From Steroidobacteraceae bacterium (GTDB taxonomy: Bacteria; Pseudomonadota; Gammaproteobacteria; Steroidobacterales; Steroidobacteraceae): DNA of 49,591 bases. The notes below the pieces were generated by a model. The model had not been told where the DNA came from, searched no databases, and saw only the letters and a list, made by a program, of their open reading frames with translations. How positions within the stretch are numbered: position 1 is the stretch's first letter; each line of letters begins with the position of its first letter. This document shows positions 8,000 through 17,526 of this stretch, piece by piece. The position numbers and the translations under genes were made by a program. The stretch covers positions 1 through 49,591 of the forward strand of contig JBAVRE010000352.1 of the NCBI GenBank assembly GCA_049694695.1, read 5' to 3'.

Positions 8000-10252
8000 T
8001 CAAATACGGTAGCGCAACTTCACAAAGAACAGGCTGGTGTTGGTCTGATCAAGTGCACGGCGGAACTGCGCGCCCAGCGACTCACTGCGATCATCCAGCG
8101 AGCCATCGCCGCCGCGGCTGTAGACCACATAGAGCTCGGACTGGGGCTTGAATTCAAAGCGATAGCGGAGCTGCGTGCCGATCGTGCTGAGCGTGAAATC
8201 ACTGGGCAGGCCGGCGATGGCCATCGGCGTGCCATCCGGCAGCAGCTGGTAGCGCTGCAGCGCCTGTGCGCCCAGCCCCACCCACTGGAATTTCAGGCGC
8301 AGTTCCTGGCGCGAGGACGCATACCAGCTGGCATTCAGGCCGACATGTAATTCATGGCGGCGATAGGTCGCCACCTGTGACCCTGCAGTCCACAATAACC
8401 AGTTGGGACTGTCCCAGAGTTCGAGCGGCAAGCCGAGCACCAGGTTGTTGGTCAGGAACCAGGTGGGTTCGAAGTGCAGCTGATGGGTAAGGCCGGTGAA
8501 GCCTTGTTCACGGGCAACCACCTTGGCGTAGTAGCGAAAGCGTCCGCCCACCGGGCTGTAGTAGTCGCCGCCGTAGTTGTGGCGCGTGGGCATGCGCAGG
8601 GCGCCGTTGCCGCGGGTTATCAGATCGTCGAATCCGGGAAACTCGTGGATGTAAAAGAAGATGCTTTCGGCGCCATTGCGCCACTGAAACTGATGGTTGA
8701 TATCGGTGCGGGCTGCCAGGCGTTGGCCGTGCGTGCTGTAGGGCAGGTTGGTGGTCAGCTCCCAGAAGCCGCTTTCGGCCGGGGCTGAGGCGCGATATTG
8801 GCGGGTAAAGAAGTCACTGACGCTGTCCAGCTGGACAATGTCGGCCCGCTCCTGGTAGCCCAGGTCATTGATGTCGAGATGCCGGTCATACCAGGTAGCA
8901 AACAGCTTGTGCTGCCAGCGGGTGCCGGGCTGGTAGTCAAAGCGTGCCCAGGCGCCGTAGCCGCGCGTCACGCCGGAATCGGCGCCCGTTGCGCTCGCGG
9001 CGCCGACGTGGATATCGGACATCAGGGCCTGTGCCGAGAGCGCCATGCCCGTGCGCAGCCGCTGGCTGTAATCGATGGCATGCACGTAGGCATCGCGCGC
9101 CAGGGCGGGCCGCAGGGTCGCCGTGCCCAGATAGCCGTAACTGTGGCCGCTGCGGGCGTGACGCCAGCGGGCGGTCAGGTAGCGCCGGCCCTGCGCCTCT
9201 GTTGAGCGCTCCTCGGCGGCGCCGAACACGCCAAATTCATCGTCGCCACGGATGCCGGTGTATTTGGCCGCCGCCAGGACGTTGCTGCCCGTCTCCGGGC
9301 CGGCATCGGGCGCCGCGCCGATGCGCCGCGTGTTGACCAGCCGGCCGTTCCTGTTGGTGCGCAGATCGAACAGTTGCAGACCCTGCGTGAAGAACGGACG
9401 CTTGTCTTCAAGGAAGGTTTCCACGGCCGAGAAATTGACGATCAGATCGTCGCTTTCCACCTGGCCAAAGTCGGGGTTCAGCGAGGCCGAGAGTTGATTG
9501 CGGCCGTTGGGCTTCCAGAATACGTCGGCGCCGACGTGACCTCTGGTGCTGTTGTCCAGGGTATCGTGCGTCAGCGAGACATAGGGCAGCAGGACCAGCG
9601 AAGCGGTCGAATAACGCGGCACCTCGAGTCGTTGGAAATCGCGCACGAAATTGGCGCCCTGCAACTCGATGGCTGGAAAGGAGTAGCGACGGGCGTTGCG
9701 CTTGATGTAACGCGAGGCATAGATTCCGATCGTGCGCTTATCGCCATGCGTGGCGCCCTCCGGCGCCACCGACCAGGGGATGCACCACTCGGCGCTCCAG
9801 CCAGTGGCGTCTTCATGCACGGCCGCCTGCCAGTCGGCATCCCAGTCACGTGACAGCTCGGTCTGATTGAGAATGATACTGTCGCGTTTCGAGCCGCTGA
9901 GGCTGATCGTAAATTCATAGGCGGTCTTGCCCAGTCCTTCAAAGTCGATCAGCAGTATTGACGGATCGGCATCCAGGCGGGGCGCGTCGCGCGCCGAGCG
10001 GCCGTAGGTGCGCAGTTCCGGTGCCAGCTCGGAGCGCAGCCCGACGTACAACCCATCGGGAAGCGGCAGCACGCGCAGTTCCGTGGCTTGTGGCGACGCT
10101 TCGCGCGTCAGGGGCTCGAGCACGCGAAAATCTGTGTACACCTGGGCCTGCGCCCAAGCGGCTTCATCGAGCAGGCCATCGACCGTCATGGCCAGCGCCG
10201 GGCGCAGGCCCAGGCTCAGCAGGACAACGGCAGTGGTGGCGATTATTCTCAT
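8000..10252 (-). CDS. outer-membrane/secreted protein with an N-terminal CBM9-like domain and a DUF5916-like beta-rich region
   Basis: The signal peptide is MRIIATTAVVLLSLGLRPALA. The segment VDGLLDEAAWAQAQVYTDFRVLEP resembles the carbohydrate-binding family 9 / DUF5916 family. The C-terminal LRYRI is OMP-like. The start could instead be 10258. Confidence 0.65.
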   Translation of the reverse strand: MRIIATTAVVLLSLGLRPALAMTVDGLLDEAAWAQAQVYTDFRVLEPLTREASPQATELRVLPLPDGLYVGLRSELAPELRTYGRSARDAPRLDADPSILLIDFEGLGKTAYEFTISLSGSKRDSIILNQTELSRDWDADWQAAVHEDATGWSAEWCIPWSVAPEGATHGDKRTIGIYASRYIKRNARRYSFPAIELQGANFVRDFQRLEVPRYSTASLVLLPYVSLTHDTLDNSTRGHVGADVFWKPNGRNQLSASLNPDFGQVESDDLIVNFSAVETFLEDKRPFFTQGLQLFDLRTNRNGRLVNTRRIGAAPDAGPETGSNVLAAAKYTGIRGDDEFGVFGAAEERSTEAQGRRYLTARWRHARSGHSYGYLGTATLRPALARDAYVHAIDYSQRLRTGMALSAQALMSDIHVGAASATGADSGVTRGYGAWARFDYQPGTRWQHKLFATWYDRHLDINDLGYQERADIVQLDSVSDFFTRQYRASAPAESGFWELTTNLPYSTHGQRLAARTDINHQFQWRNGAESIFFYIHEFPGFDDLITRGNGALRMPTRHNYGGDYYSPVGGRFRYYAKVVAREQGFTGLTHQLHFEPTWFLTNNLVLGLPLELWDSPNWLLWTAGSQVATYRRHELHVGLNASWYASSRQELRLKFQWVGLGAQALQRYQLLPDGTPMAIAGLPSDFTLSTIGTQLRYRFEFKPQSELYVVYSRGGDGSLDDRSESLGAQFRRALDQTNTSLFFVKLRYRI

Positions 10253-10319
10253 GTGCATGACCCGGCGATGACCTTTACAGTTTAAAGTGTTCACCGACTT
10301 TCAAGTGCAGGAAAGTGAC

Positions 10320-11270
10320 ATGAGCGACGATCGTGGCAGTGCGGTACGCGAATACCTGGGTTCACTGCAGGATGCCTTGTGCGGCGCCTTCGAGCGGCTC
10401 GACGGCGCGCGCCAGTTTCAGCGCGATCGCTGGGAGCGCGGCGCTGCAGCGGGCGCGGCGCCCGGGGCGCTGGCCGGCAACGGCATCACCGCGGTGCTCG
10501 AGGAGGGTGCGCTGTTCGAGCGCGGCGGCGTCGCCCTTTCCGATGTGCAGGGTTCAAAACTGCCGCCGGCGGCGACCGCGCGCAACCCGGGGCTGGTAGG
10601 GCGCGCCTATCGCGCCATGGGAGTCTCAGTGGTGATGCACCCGCGCAACCCCTGCATTCCCACCAGCCACATGAACGTGCGCTATTTTAGCGCCGGGGAC
10701 ATCTGGTGGTTCGGTGGCGGTTTCGACCTGACGCCTTACGTGGCGCATGAAGAAGACGCCGTGCACTGGCATCGCGCCGCCGCTGCCGCCTGCGCGCCGT
10801 TTCATGACAATCTGTATGCGCACGCGCGCAAAGTCTGCGACGATTATTTCTTCCTGCCGCATCGTGGCGAGGCGCGCGGTCTGGGCGGCATCTTCTATGA
10901 TGACCTGAATGCCGACACGCCACAGTTTGGCATGCCGTGGGAGCGTTGCTTCGAATTCATGCGGGCGGTGGGTGCGCACTATCTGCGCGCCTACGGCGAT
11001 ATCGTGGCACGGCGCAGTACCGAGACCTACGGTGAGCGCGAACGTCGCTATCAACTCTACCGGCGCGGCCGCTACGTCGAGTTCAATCTGGTCTTTGATC
11101 GCGGCACGCTGTTCGGGCTGCAGTCGGGCGGGCGCACCGATGCCATCCTGATGTCGATGCCGCCGAGTGTGCAGTGGTCCTATCGATCGCCCGACGCGCA
11201 GCTCGATGCGCAGCTGTTGCCCTATCTGACCGCCAGGCGCGGTCACGACTGGCTTGGCAACGGGGCCTAG
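10320..11270 (+). CDS. hemF: oxygen-dependent coproporphyrinogen III oxidase
   Basis: The product aligns by eye to HemF along its length (GGGFDLTPY, FFLPHRGE.RG.GGIFYDD, YVEFNLVFDRGT.FGLQSGGR). ATG 10320 lies after AGGAAAG. Confidence 0.9.
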   Translation: MSDDRGSAVREYLGSLQDALCGAFERLDGARQFQRDRWERGAAAGAAPGALAGNGITAVLEEGALFERGGVALSDVQGSKLPPAATARNPGLVGRAYRAMGVSVVMHPRNPCIPTSHMNVRYFSAGDIWWFGGGFDLTPYVAHEEDAVHWHRAAAAACAPFHDNLYAHARKVCDDYFFLPHRGEARGLGGIFYDDLNADTPQFGMPWERCFEFMRAVGAHYLRAYGDIVARRSTETYGERERRYQLYRRGRYVEFNLVFDRGTLFGLQSGGRTDAILMSMPPSVQWSYRSPDAQLDAQLLPYLTARRGHDWLGNGA

Positions 11271-11277
11271 GGCACAC

Positions 11278-12390
11278 ATGATCGCCACGCGTTGCATTGG
11301 CCTGCTGATGTTGACGCTCGCTGCTGCGGCGGGCGCCGCGACCGGCTCCGCTGCGCCAGACAGCGCCACTCTGCCCGCTGCCCAACAGGGCGATTTCCTG
11401 CTGCGCAATTTCCGGTTTGCGTCCGGCGAATCTTTGCCCGAACTGCGCCTGCACTATACGACGCTGGGTACGCCGCAACGCGACGCTGCCGGGCGTGTCA
11501 GCAATGCGGTGCTGATCCTGCATGGCACCGGTGGCGACGGGCAGCAATTCCTGCGGCCACAGTTTGCCGAGGTGCTGCTCGCACCCGGCGGCCTGCTCGA
11601 TGCAGCGCGCTACTTCATCGTGCTGCCCGATAACATCGGCCATGGGCACTCCTCGAAGCCGAGCGATGGACTGCACGCACATTTTCCACAATATGCATAC
11701 AGCGACATGGTCTCAGCGCAATACCGGCTGTTGACCGAAGGGCTGCATATCAACCATCTGCGCCTGATTCTTGGCACTTCGATGGGTTGCATGCATGCGT
11801 TCATGTGGGGCGAGACTTACGCCAGCTTTGCCGATGCACTGATGCCCTTGGCGTGCCTGCCGGTGCAGATCGCCGGGCGCAACCGCATCTGGCGCAGGAT
11901 GATCATCGATGCGATAAAAAACGATCCGGCCTGGTTGGGCGGTGAATACCGCACGCCGCCGCTGGGCGGGCTGCGCACCGCTGCCGACCTGCTCATGATT
12001 GCCGGCAGCGCACCGGCGCTGTGGCAGGCGCAATTCCCAGATCGCGATTCAGCCGATCGGCGCCTCAGCGATTTCCTCGACGCGCAACTTCGGGAACTCG
12101 ATGCCAATGATCTTCTGTACCAGATCGCCGCCTCGCGCGATTACGATCCTGCGGCGAGGCTGGCGAGCATCCACGTTCCGGTGATGTGGGTGAACAGCGC
12201 TGATGATTTCATCAACCCGCCGGAGCTGGGCATTGCCGAGCGTGCAGTAACGAAGTTGCCGCACGGAAAATTCGTACTGCTGCCGGTGAGTGAACGCACG
12301 CATGGACACAGCACGCACACCTGGGCTGCTACCTGGGAGGATTACTTGCGCGAGCTGCTGGGACAGTCGGCAGGGCCCGGCGTGAAATAA
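11278..12390 (+). CDS. secreted alpha/beta-fold hydrolase (MetX/homoserine-acetyltransferase-like fold)
   Basis: The signal peptide is MIATRCIGLLMLTLAAAAGAA. The nucleophile elbow is GTSMG. LILHGTGG and the C-terminal H..TH are compatible with a catalytic triad. Confidence 0.75.
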   Translation: MIATRCIGLLMLTLAAAAGAATGSAAPDSATLPAAQQGDFLLRNFRFASGESLPELRLHYTTLGTPQRDAAGRVSNAVLILHGTGGDGQQFLRPQFAEVLLAPGGLLDAARYFIVLPDNIGHGHSSKPSDGLHAHFPQYAYSDMVSAQYRLLTEGLHINHLRLILGTSMGCMHAFMWGETYASFADALMPLACLPVQIAGRNRIWRRMIIDAIKNDPAWLGGEYRTPPLGGLRTAADLLMIAGSAPALWQAQFPDRDSADRRLSDFLDAQLRELDANDLLYQIAASRDYDPAARLASIHVPVMWVNSADDFINPPELGIAERAVTKLPHGKFVLLPVSERTHGHSTHTWAATWEDYLRELLGQSAGPGVK

Positions 12391-12414
12391 AAAAAGGCCC
12401 CGCATTGCGGGGCC
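12389..12414 (-). terminator. rho-independent terminator for a minus-strand transcript; possibly bidirectional for the hydrolase gene
   Basis: The hairpin GGCCCCGC-att-GCGGGGCC (12396-12414) is followed on the minus strand by seven T (A-run 12389-12395 on plus). On the plus strand the hairpin directly follows the TAA stop but has no T tail. Confidence 0.8.
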
Positions 12415-12655
12415 TGCAATCACAAAGTCGATCCGGTCTGCCACGGGCGAACATCTATTCATTCGGACCGGCATGACTGGCAACTTGCCACTCCCGAAAA
12501 TGCGGGGGCGACGCGTTAATTCGCGTCTCTCGTTCATGCCCGGAGCCGAAAAACCTTCGGCTGCCTTATCCGTGTCCGCCCGGACAGCCAGATTTCTGCA
12601 AAATTCTTTGGCTGTCCCATTTGCGCATCGCTTCGTCTGCGACACGACCTGAAGT
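12389..12655 (-). ncRNA. candidate structured sRNA or long structured rpoH 3'UTR (family not recognised)
   Basis: The region has low GC, no credible ORF and many perfect local helices (see findings). It ends in the terminator above. The 5' boundary is a guess. Confidence 0.25.
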
Positions 12656-12779
12656 TAGCATAGGATTTTTACAGGGAAAAATCCATAGAAAATCATCAGT
12701 TTGAGGGCGATATTATGTCGCGTTTCGACGACGGCGCAGCCGGGTGGAAGTGCCGACTGTGGCGGCAATCAGACCAATC

Positions 12780-13658
<879 letters not shown>

Positions 13659-13705
13659 CTTCGGTCTCCCTAACGGTTCGAGCCACTATGTTAGCACTCG
13701 AAAAC

Positions 13706-13733
13706 TTCGAGTGCTAAGGCGCATGGAAGTTCC
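13706..13733 (-). promoter_or_regulatory. candidate sigma-E (RpoE)-type promoter for rpoH
   Basis: The minus strand reads GGAACTT (13733-13727), then 16 nt, then TCGAA (13710-13706). This matches the GGAACTT-N16-TCnAA sigma-E consensus. It lies about 45 nt upstream of the rpoH ATG. E. coli rpoH P3 is sigma-E dependent. Confidence 0.4.
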
Positions 13734-13772
13734 ATTCCCCAGGAACGGCTATTGAGTAAAATCAAAGAGTTA

Positions 13773-14687
13773 TCAGGTTCCTGGCTCGATGCGCGCCAAG
13801 TGCCGGCCGGCCGCCAGCCAGGCGCCCACCCAACCGAGCAGCGTGCCGGCAGCGAGCAGCAGGCCCAGATCGCGAAGGCTGGGGCCTTGCAACGCGAACA
13901 GGCTGCCGTAGCTTTGCGCGAGGCGGGCCGCGAAAGGTGCCAGCAGCCACAGCGCTACCGCCACCACCACGAAGGCGCAAAGGCCGCCGAGCAGCCCGTA
14001 GAGCGCCCCGGTGTAGAGAAACGGCCGCCGCACGAAAGCATTGGTGCCGCCCACCAGCTTGGTCACTTCGATTTCGGCGCGCCGGTTCTGGATCTCGAGC
14101 CGGATGGTATTGCCCACCACCGCCACGACCCCAAGGCCCAGCAGCCCGGCCGCCAACAGCAGCAGGCGCCGCAGCAGGGCGAGTATGGCGTTGAAGCGCG
14201 CCACCCAGTCACCATCGACCTGCACGGTTTCCACTTCCGGCCAGGCCTGCAGATAGCGGCGCAGGTTCTCGACCGCGGCCGGGTCATCGCCGGCCGCGTT
14301 CGGCGTGATGGCGAGCACATGCGGCAGCGGGTTGTCTTCGAGCGCGTCAAGCGCTGCGCCGAATCCGGACTGCTTGCGAAATTGCGCCAGTGCTTCGCTG
14401 GCGGTGATCAGGGTCACGGTGCGCACGCCGGGGCGTTCGCGGGCGCTGCGCAACAGCTGCTGGGCGCGCGCTTCCGGGACATTGGTTTTCAGGTACACGG
14501 AGATGCCGATCGCGCCGCTGAAATCGCCGGTTGCGCTGCGCACGTTGCGCACCAGCACATCGAGGCCGAGCGGCAGCGCCAGGGCCAGGCCCATCACCAG
14601 CACCGTGAACGTGGTTGCGATCGGTGCGCGCGCCAGGTGGCCAGCCGAGGCCAGCAGCGACTGCACGTGACGCAGCAGCCAGTTCAT
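13773..14687 (-). CDS. ftsX: cell-division ABC transporter permease FtsX
   Basis: The product has four TM segments and FtsX-like N-terminal and C-terminal motifs (EIEVTKLVGGTNAFVRRPF). It has a 4-nt ATGA overlap with ftsE. Confidence 0.9.
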   Translation of the reverse strand: MNWLLRHVQSLLASAGHLARAPIATTFTVLVMGLALALPLGLDVLVRNVRSATGDFSGAIGISVYLKTNVPEARAQQLLRSARERPGVRTVTLITASEALAQFRKQSGFGAALDALEDNPLPHVLAITPNAAGDDPAAVENLRRYLQAWPEVETVQVDGDWVARFNAILALLRRLLLLAAGLLGLGVVAVVGNTIRLEIQNRRAEIEVTKLVGGTNAFVRRPFLYTGALYGLLGGLCAFVVVAVALWLLAPFAARLAQSYGSLFALQGPSLRDLGLLLAAGTLLGWVGAWLAAGRHLARIEPGT

Positions 14688-15379
14688 CGCTGCGCCTCGA
14701 TGATCGGCAGCTCCAGACCGCCTGCGTCGCCGGCCACGCGGCCATTGTCGAGCACGATTTCCCGCAGCCCCGATTCGCGCACCAGATGCAGATCATGCGT
14801 CGCGACCATGATGGTGACGCCCACTTCATTGAGGCGCCGGAACAGTCCCATGACTTCGGACGCGAGTTGCGGATCGAGATTGCCGGTCGGTTCATCGGCA
14901 ATCAGCAGCGGTGGACGGCTGACGATGGCGCGTGCAATGCCGACCCGCTGCTGCTCGCCCACCGAAAGCTCGGCGGGCAACTGGCGCTCGTGTCCCAGCA
15001 GGCCCACCTGATCGAGCGCCGCGCGCACCCGTTTGTCGATTTCCTTGAGCGAGCTGTCGGCGACGATCAGCGGCAGTGCCACATTGTCGAACACCGGTCG
15101 ATCGGCGAGCAGGCGATGGTCCTGGAACACCACGCCGATGCGGCGGCGAAACGCAGGAATACGCCGCGCCGGGAGCTTGCCGGTCTGCTCGCCGCCGACA
15201 ATGACCTGACCACGCGTGGGGCGTTCCAGCAGCGCGATCAGCTTGAGCACCGTGCTCTTTCCGGCGCCCGAGCGGCCGGTGAGAAACACCATCTCGCCGG
15301 GACTCACGTGCAGGTTCACATTGCTGAGTGCTTCGCGCCCAGTGCGATAGCGCTTGGCCACGTTCTCGAAAGTAATCAT
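14684..15379 (-). CDS. ftsE: cell-division ATP-binding protein FtsE
   Basis: It has Walker A (GRSGAGKST), the ABC signature (LSVGEQQRV) and Walker B (LLIADEPTGNLD). It has 4-nt overlaps with both ftsY and ftsX. Confidence 0.95.
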   Translation of the reverse strand: MITFENVAKRYRTGREALSNVNLHVSPGEMVFLTGRSGAGKSTVLKLIALLERPTRGQVIVGGEQTGKLPARRIPAFRRRIGVVFQDHRLLADRPVFDNVALPLIVADSSLKEIDKRVRAALDQVGLLGHERQLPAELSVGEQQRVGIARAIVSRPPLLIADEPTGNLDPQLASEVMGLFRRLNEVGVTIMVATHDLHLVRESGLREIVLDNGRVAGDAGGLELPIIEAQR

Positions 15380-16368
15380 GTGCCGGCGCCCGTGTTGCCG
15401 CCCGCTTCGCCGCCGTCGACCAGCGCCGTGGCAAACGCGGCCGCGTCGAAACGCCCGAAATCGCCGGCCTGCTCGCCGAGCCCAAGAAAGCGGATCGGCA
15501 GTCCGAGCTTGCGTGCAATGGCAACCACGATGCCGCCGCGCGCCGTGCCGTCGAGCTTGGTGATGACCAGTCCGGTAACGCCCACGGCGGCGTGAAACTG
15601 TTCAGCCTGCGCCAGCGCGTTCTGTCCCTGGTTGGCATCGAGCACCAGCAGTACTTCGTGCGGCGCCGTGGCATCGATGCGCGCCAGCACGCGGCGGATC
15701 TTGCGCAGTTCGTCCATCAGGTGCGACTGGCTGTGCAGCCTGCCGGCCGTGTCGGCCAGCAGTACATCCACGTGGCGCGCGCGTGCCGCCTGCAGGCCAT
15801 CGAACAGCACCGCGCCCGGATCGGCGCCGGTCTGCTGCGCGGAAAACTGCGCACCGCTGCGTTCCGCCCACACCCCCAGCTGCTCGATGGCCGCGGCACG
15901 AAAGGTATCGCCCGCGGCCAGCATCACCGACAGGCCCTGTTCGCGCAGCTGCGTTGCCAGCTTGCCGATGGTGGTGGTCTTGCCTGAGCCGTTGACGCCG
16001 ACGATCAGCACCACGAAGGGCTGCTCGCCGCGCCTGATCTGCAGCGGCTGCTCGCAGGGCTTCAGTATCTCGGTGAGCCGGGCGCGCAGCGCCGCCAGCA
16101 GCGACTCGGCATCGTTCACTTCGTGGCGTGCGACCCGTTGCTGAAGCTCGGCGAGTATCTCGCTGGTGGCGGTAACGCCTACATCAGCGCCGAGCAACCG
16201 CTCCTCGAGCTCTTCGAGCAGCGCCGCGTCTATCTGCCGGCCGCGCAGCAAATTGCGCAGATCCCGCGCCAGGCTCGCGCCGCCACGGTTGAGGCGCGCG
16301 CGCAGCCGTCCGAAGAAGCCCTGCGGCGCCCCGGTTGGTGATTCGGCGGTGGCGTTGCTGCCAGCCAT
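15376..16368 (-). CDS. ftsY: signal recognition particle receptor FtsY (short form without a long acidic A domain)
   Basis: SRP-GTPase NG-domain motifs are present (GVNGSGKTTTIGKL, DTAGRL, TKLDGTA.GG). I chose ATG 16366-16368 because it follows GAGGG. The upstream 71 codons of the track ORF are Arg/Trp-rich and look non-coding. Confidence 0.9.
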   Translation of the reverse strand: MAGSNATAESPTGAPQGFFGRLRARLNRGGASLARDLRNLLRGRQIDAALLEELEERLLGADVGVTATSEILAELQQRVARHEVNDAESLLAALRARLTEILKPCEQPLQIRRGEQPFVVLIVGVNGSGKTTTIGKLATQLREQGLSVMLAAGDTFRAAAIEQLGVWAERSGAQFSAQQTGADPGAVLFDGLQAARARHVDVLLADTAGRLHSQSHLMDELRKIRRVLARIDATAPHEVLLVLDANQGQNALAQAEQFHAAVGVTGLVITKLDGTARGGIVVAIARKLGLPIRFLGLGEQAGDFGRFDAAAFATALVDGGEAGGNTGAGT

Positions 16369-16453
16369 GGAGTTCCCTCGATGATAGTTGCGGGACGATT
16401 GTAGCCTCGGGCGGCTGCCCGTGTGGCGCCCATGAGTTAGGCTAACGGCCACC

Positions 16454-17026
16454 ATGACCAGGCCACATTCCCAGGCGCGCCAGCTGCGCATCATTGCCGG
16501 CCAGTGGCGCGGGCGCCGCTGGCGCTTTCCGCTGGGCCCGATTCGCCCGACCGGCGATCGCGTGCGCGAAACGCTCTTCAACTGGCTGCAGGGCCGTGTC
16601 GCCGGGCGTCGCTGCCTCGATCTCTATGCGGGCGCCGGTGCGCTCGGTCTCGAAGCGCTGTCGCGGGGCGCGGCGGAGTGTGTATTTGTGGATAACGACC
16701 GTCAGGCGATCGACGCCCTGCGTACGCTGCTGCAGGAATGGCACGCGCCGCCCACGGCCGCGCAATTCGTCAACGCCGACGCGCTGCGATTCCTGGCAGG
16801 TTCGGCCCAGCCATTCGATCTGGTGTTCCTCGACCCACCCTTTGCCGCCGGCGCGCTGGCCGCCAGTGCCGCGCGGCTCGAGGCGGGCGACTGGCTCAGG
16901 CCCGGCAGCCACATCTACATCGAACGCCTTCGTGCCGCGCCGCTCACCGGGTTGCCGGGCAACTGGTTCCATCTGCGCGGCGGCACGGCCGGCGCAGTCG
17001 GTTATGATCTGTTCGAACGCCCATAG
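16454..17026 (+). CDS. rsmD: 16S rRNA (guanine966-N2)-methyltransferase
   Basis: The sequence fits RsmD: LRIIAGQWRGRR...P...RPT.DRVRETLFNWL, LDLYAGAGALGLEALSRGA, and the DPPF motif. Confidence 0.9.
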   Translation: MTRPHSQARQLRIIAGQWRGRRWRFPLGPIRPTGDRVRETLFNWLQGRVAGRRCLDLYAGAGALGLEALSRGAAECVFVDNDRQAIDALRTLLQEWHAPPTAAQFVNADALRFLAGSAQPFDLVFLDPPFAAGALAASAARLEAGDWLRPGSHIYIERLRAAPLTGLPGNWFHLRGGTAGAVGYDLFERP

Positions 17027-17037
17027 AGGAGCGCGCT

Positions 17038-17526
17038 GTGTCCACTCACCGCAATGCCGTTTACCCCGGCACTTTCGATCCCATCACCCGAGGTCATGAA
17101 GATCTGGTGCGTCGTGCCGCCAACGTCTTCGATCGCGTGGTGCTGGCAATCGCCGCCAGCCCCAGCAAGGCGCCGATGTTCGATATCAACGAGCGCGTCG
17201 AGCTGGCGCGCCAGGTGCTTGCCGATATCAGTAATGTCGAAGTCGTCGGCTACACCGGACTGACGGTGGAATTTGCCGCCAGGAATGGCATCGGCGTCAT
17301 CGTCCGTGGGCTGCGCGCCGTCGCCGATTTTGAATTTGAATTCCAGCTGGCCAACATGGGGCGACACCTCAATCCGGACATCGAGACCGTTTACCTGACG
17401 CCCAAGGAGCAATACACCTTTATCTCCTCGTCGATGGTGCGCGAGATCGCAACGCTCGGCGGCAACGTGAGCGAATTCGTGCATCCTCTGGTGCTGGCGG
17501 CGTTCAAGCGCCGCCTGGCCAAATGA
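17038..17526 (+). CDS. coaD: phosphopantetheine adenylyltransferase
   Basis: The start is GTG at 17038 after AGAGGAG. The motifs YPGTFDPITRGHEDL and SSSMVREI are CoaD signatures. Confidence 0.95.
   Translation: MSTHRNAVYPGTFDPITRGHEDLVRRAANVFDRVVLAIAASPSKAPMFDINERVELARQVLADISNVEVVGYTGLTVEFAARNGIGVIVRGLRAVADFEFEFQLANMGRHLNPDIETVYLTPKEQYTFISSSMVREIATLGGNVSEFVHPLVLAAFKRRLAK

Noticed and set aside
12049-12645. A 198-aa minus-strand ORF covering part of the rpoH-downstream spacer.
   Set aside because: It runs antisense into the alpha/beta hydrolase gene and straight through the terminator hairpin. It has poor codon bias and no SD, so it is not credible as coding.
12389-12779. Whether the structured spacer is a known housekeeping RNA (RNase P RNA, SRP/4.5S RNA, tmRNA or 6S RNA).
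   Set aside because: I looked for the signature strings: GGAAAGUCCGGGC for RNase P, GGUCCGGAAGGAAGCAGCC for SRP, and the tRNA-like ends for tmRNA. I also looked for the long end-to-end closing helix of 6S RNA. None is present, and the length is too short for RNase P. I cannot exclude other Rfam families without a covariance-model search.
16369-16581. A 71-codon N-terminal extension of ftsY in the ORF track. I also asked whether the short FtsY is truncated.
   Set aside because: The extension is Arg/Trp/Ser-rich junk and would overlap the divergent rsmD start region. ATG 16368 has a GAGGG SD. FtsY proteins without a long A domain are common, so this is not a pseudogene.
17523-17526. The ATGA overlap between coaD and ggt as evidence of a functional link between CoA synthesis and glutathione turnover.
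   Set aside because: Four-nucleotide overlaps are pervasive in this compact genome (ftsY/E/X, coaBC/dut, mutY/yggX). Overlap alone is not evidence for a shared pathway.
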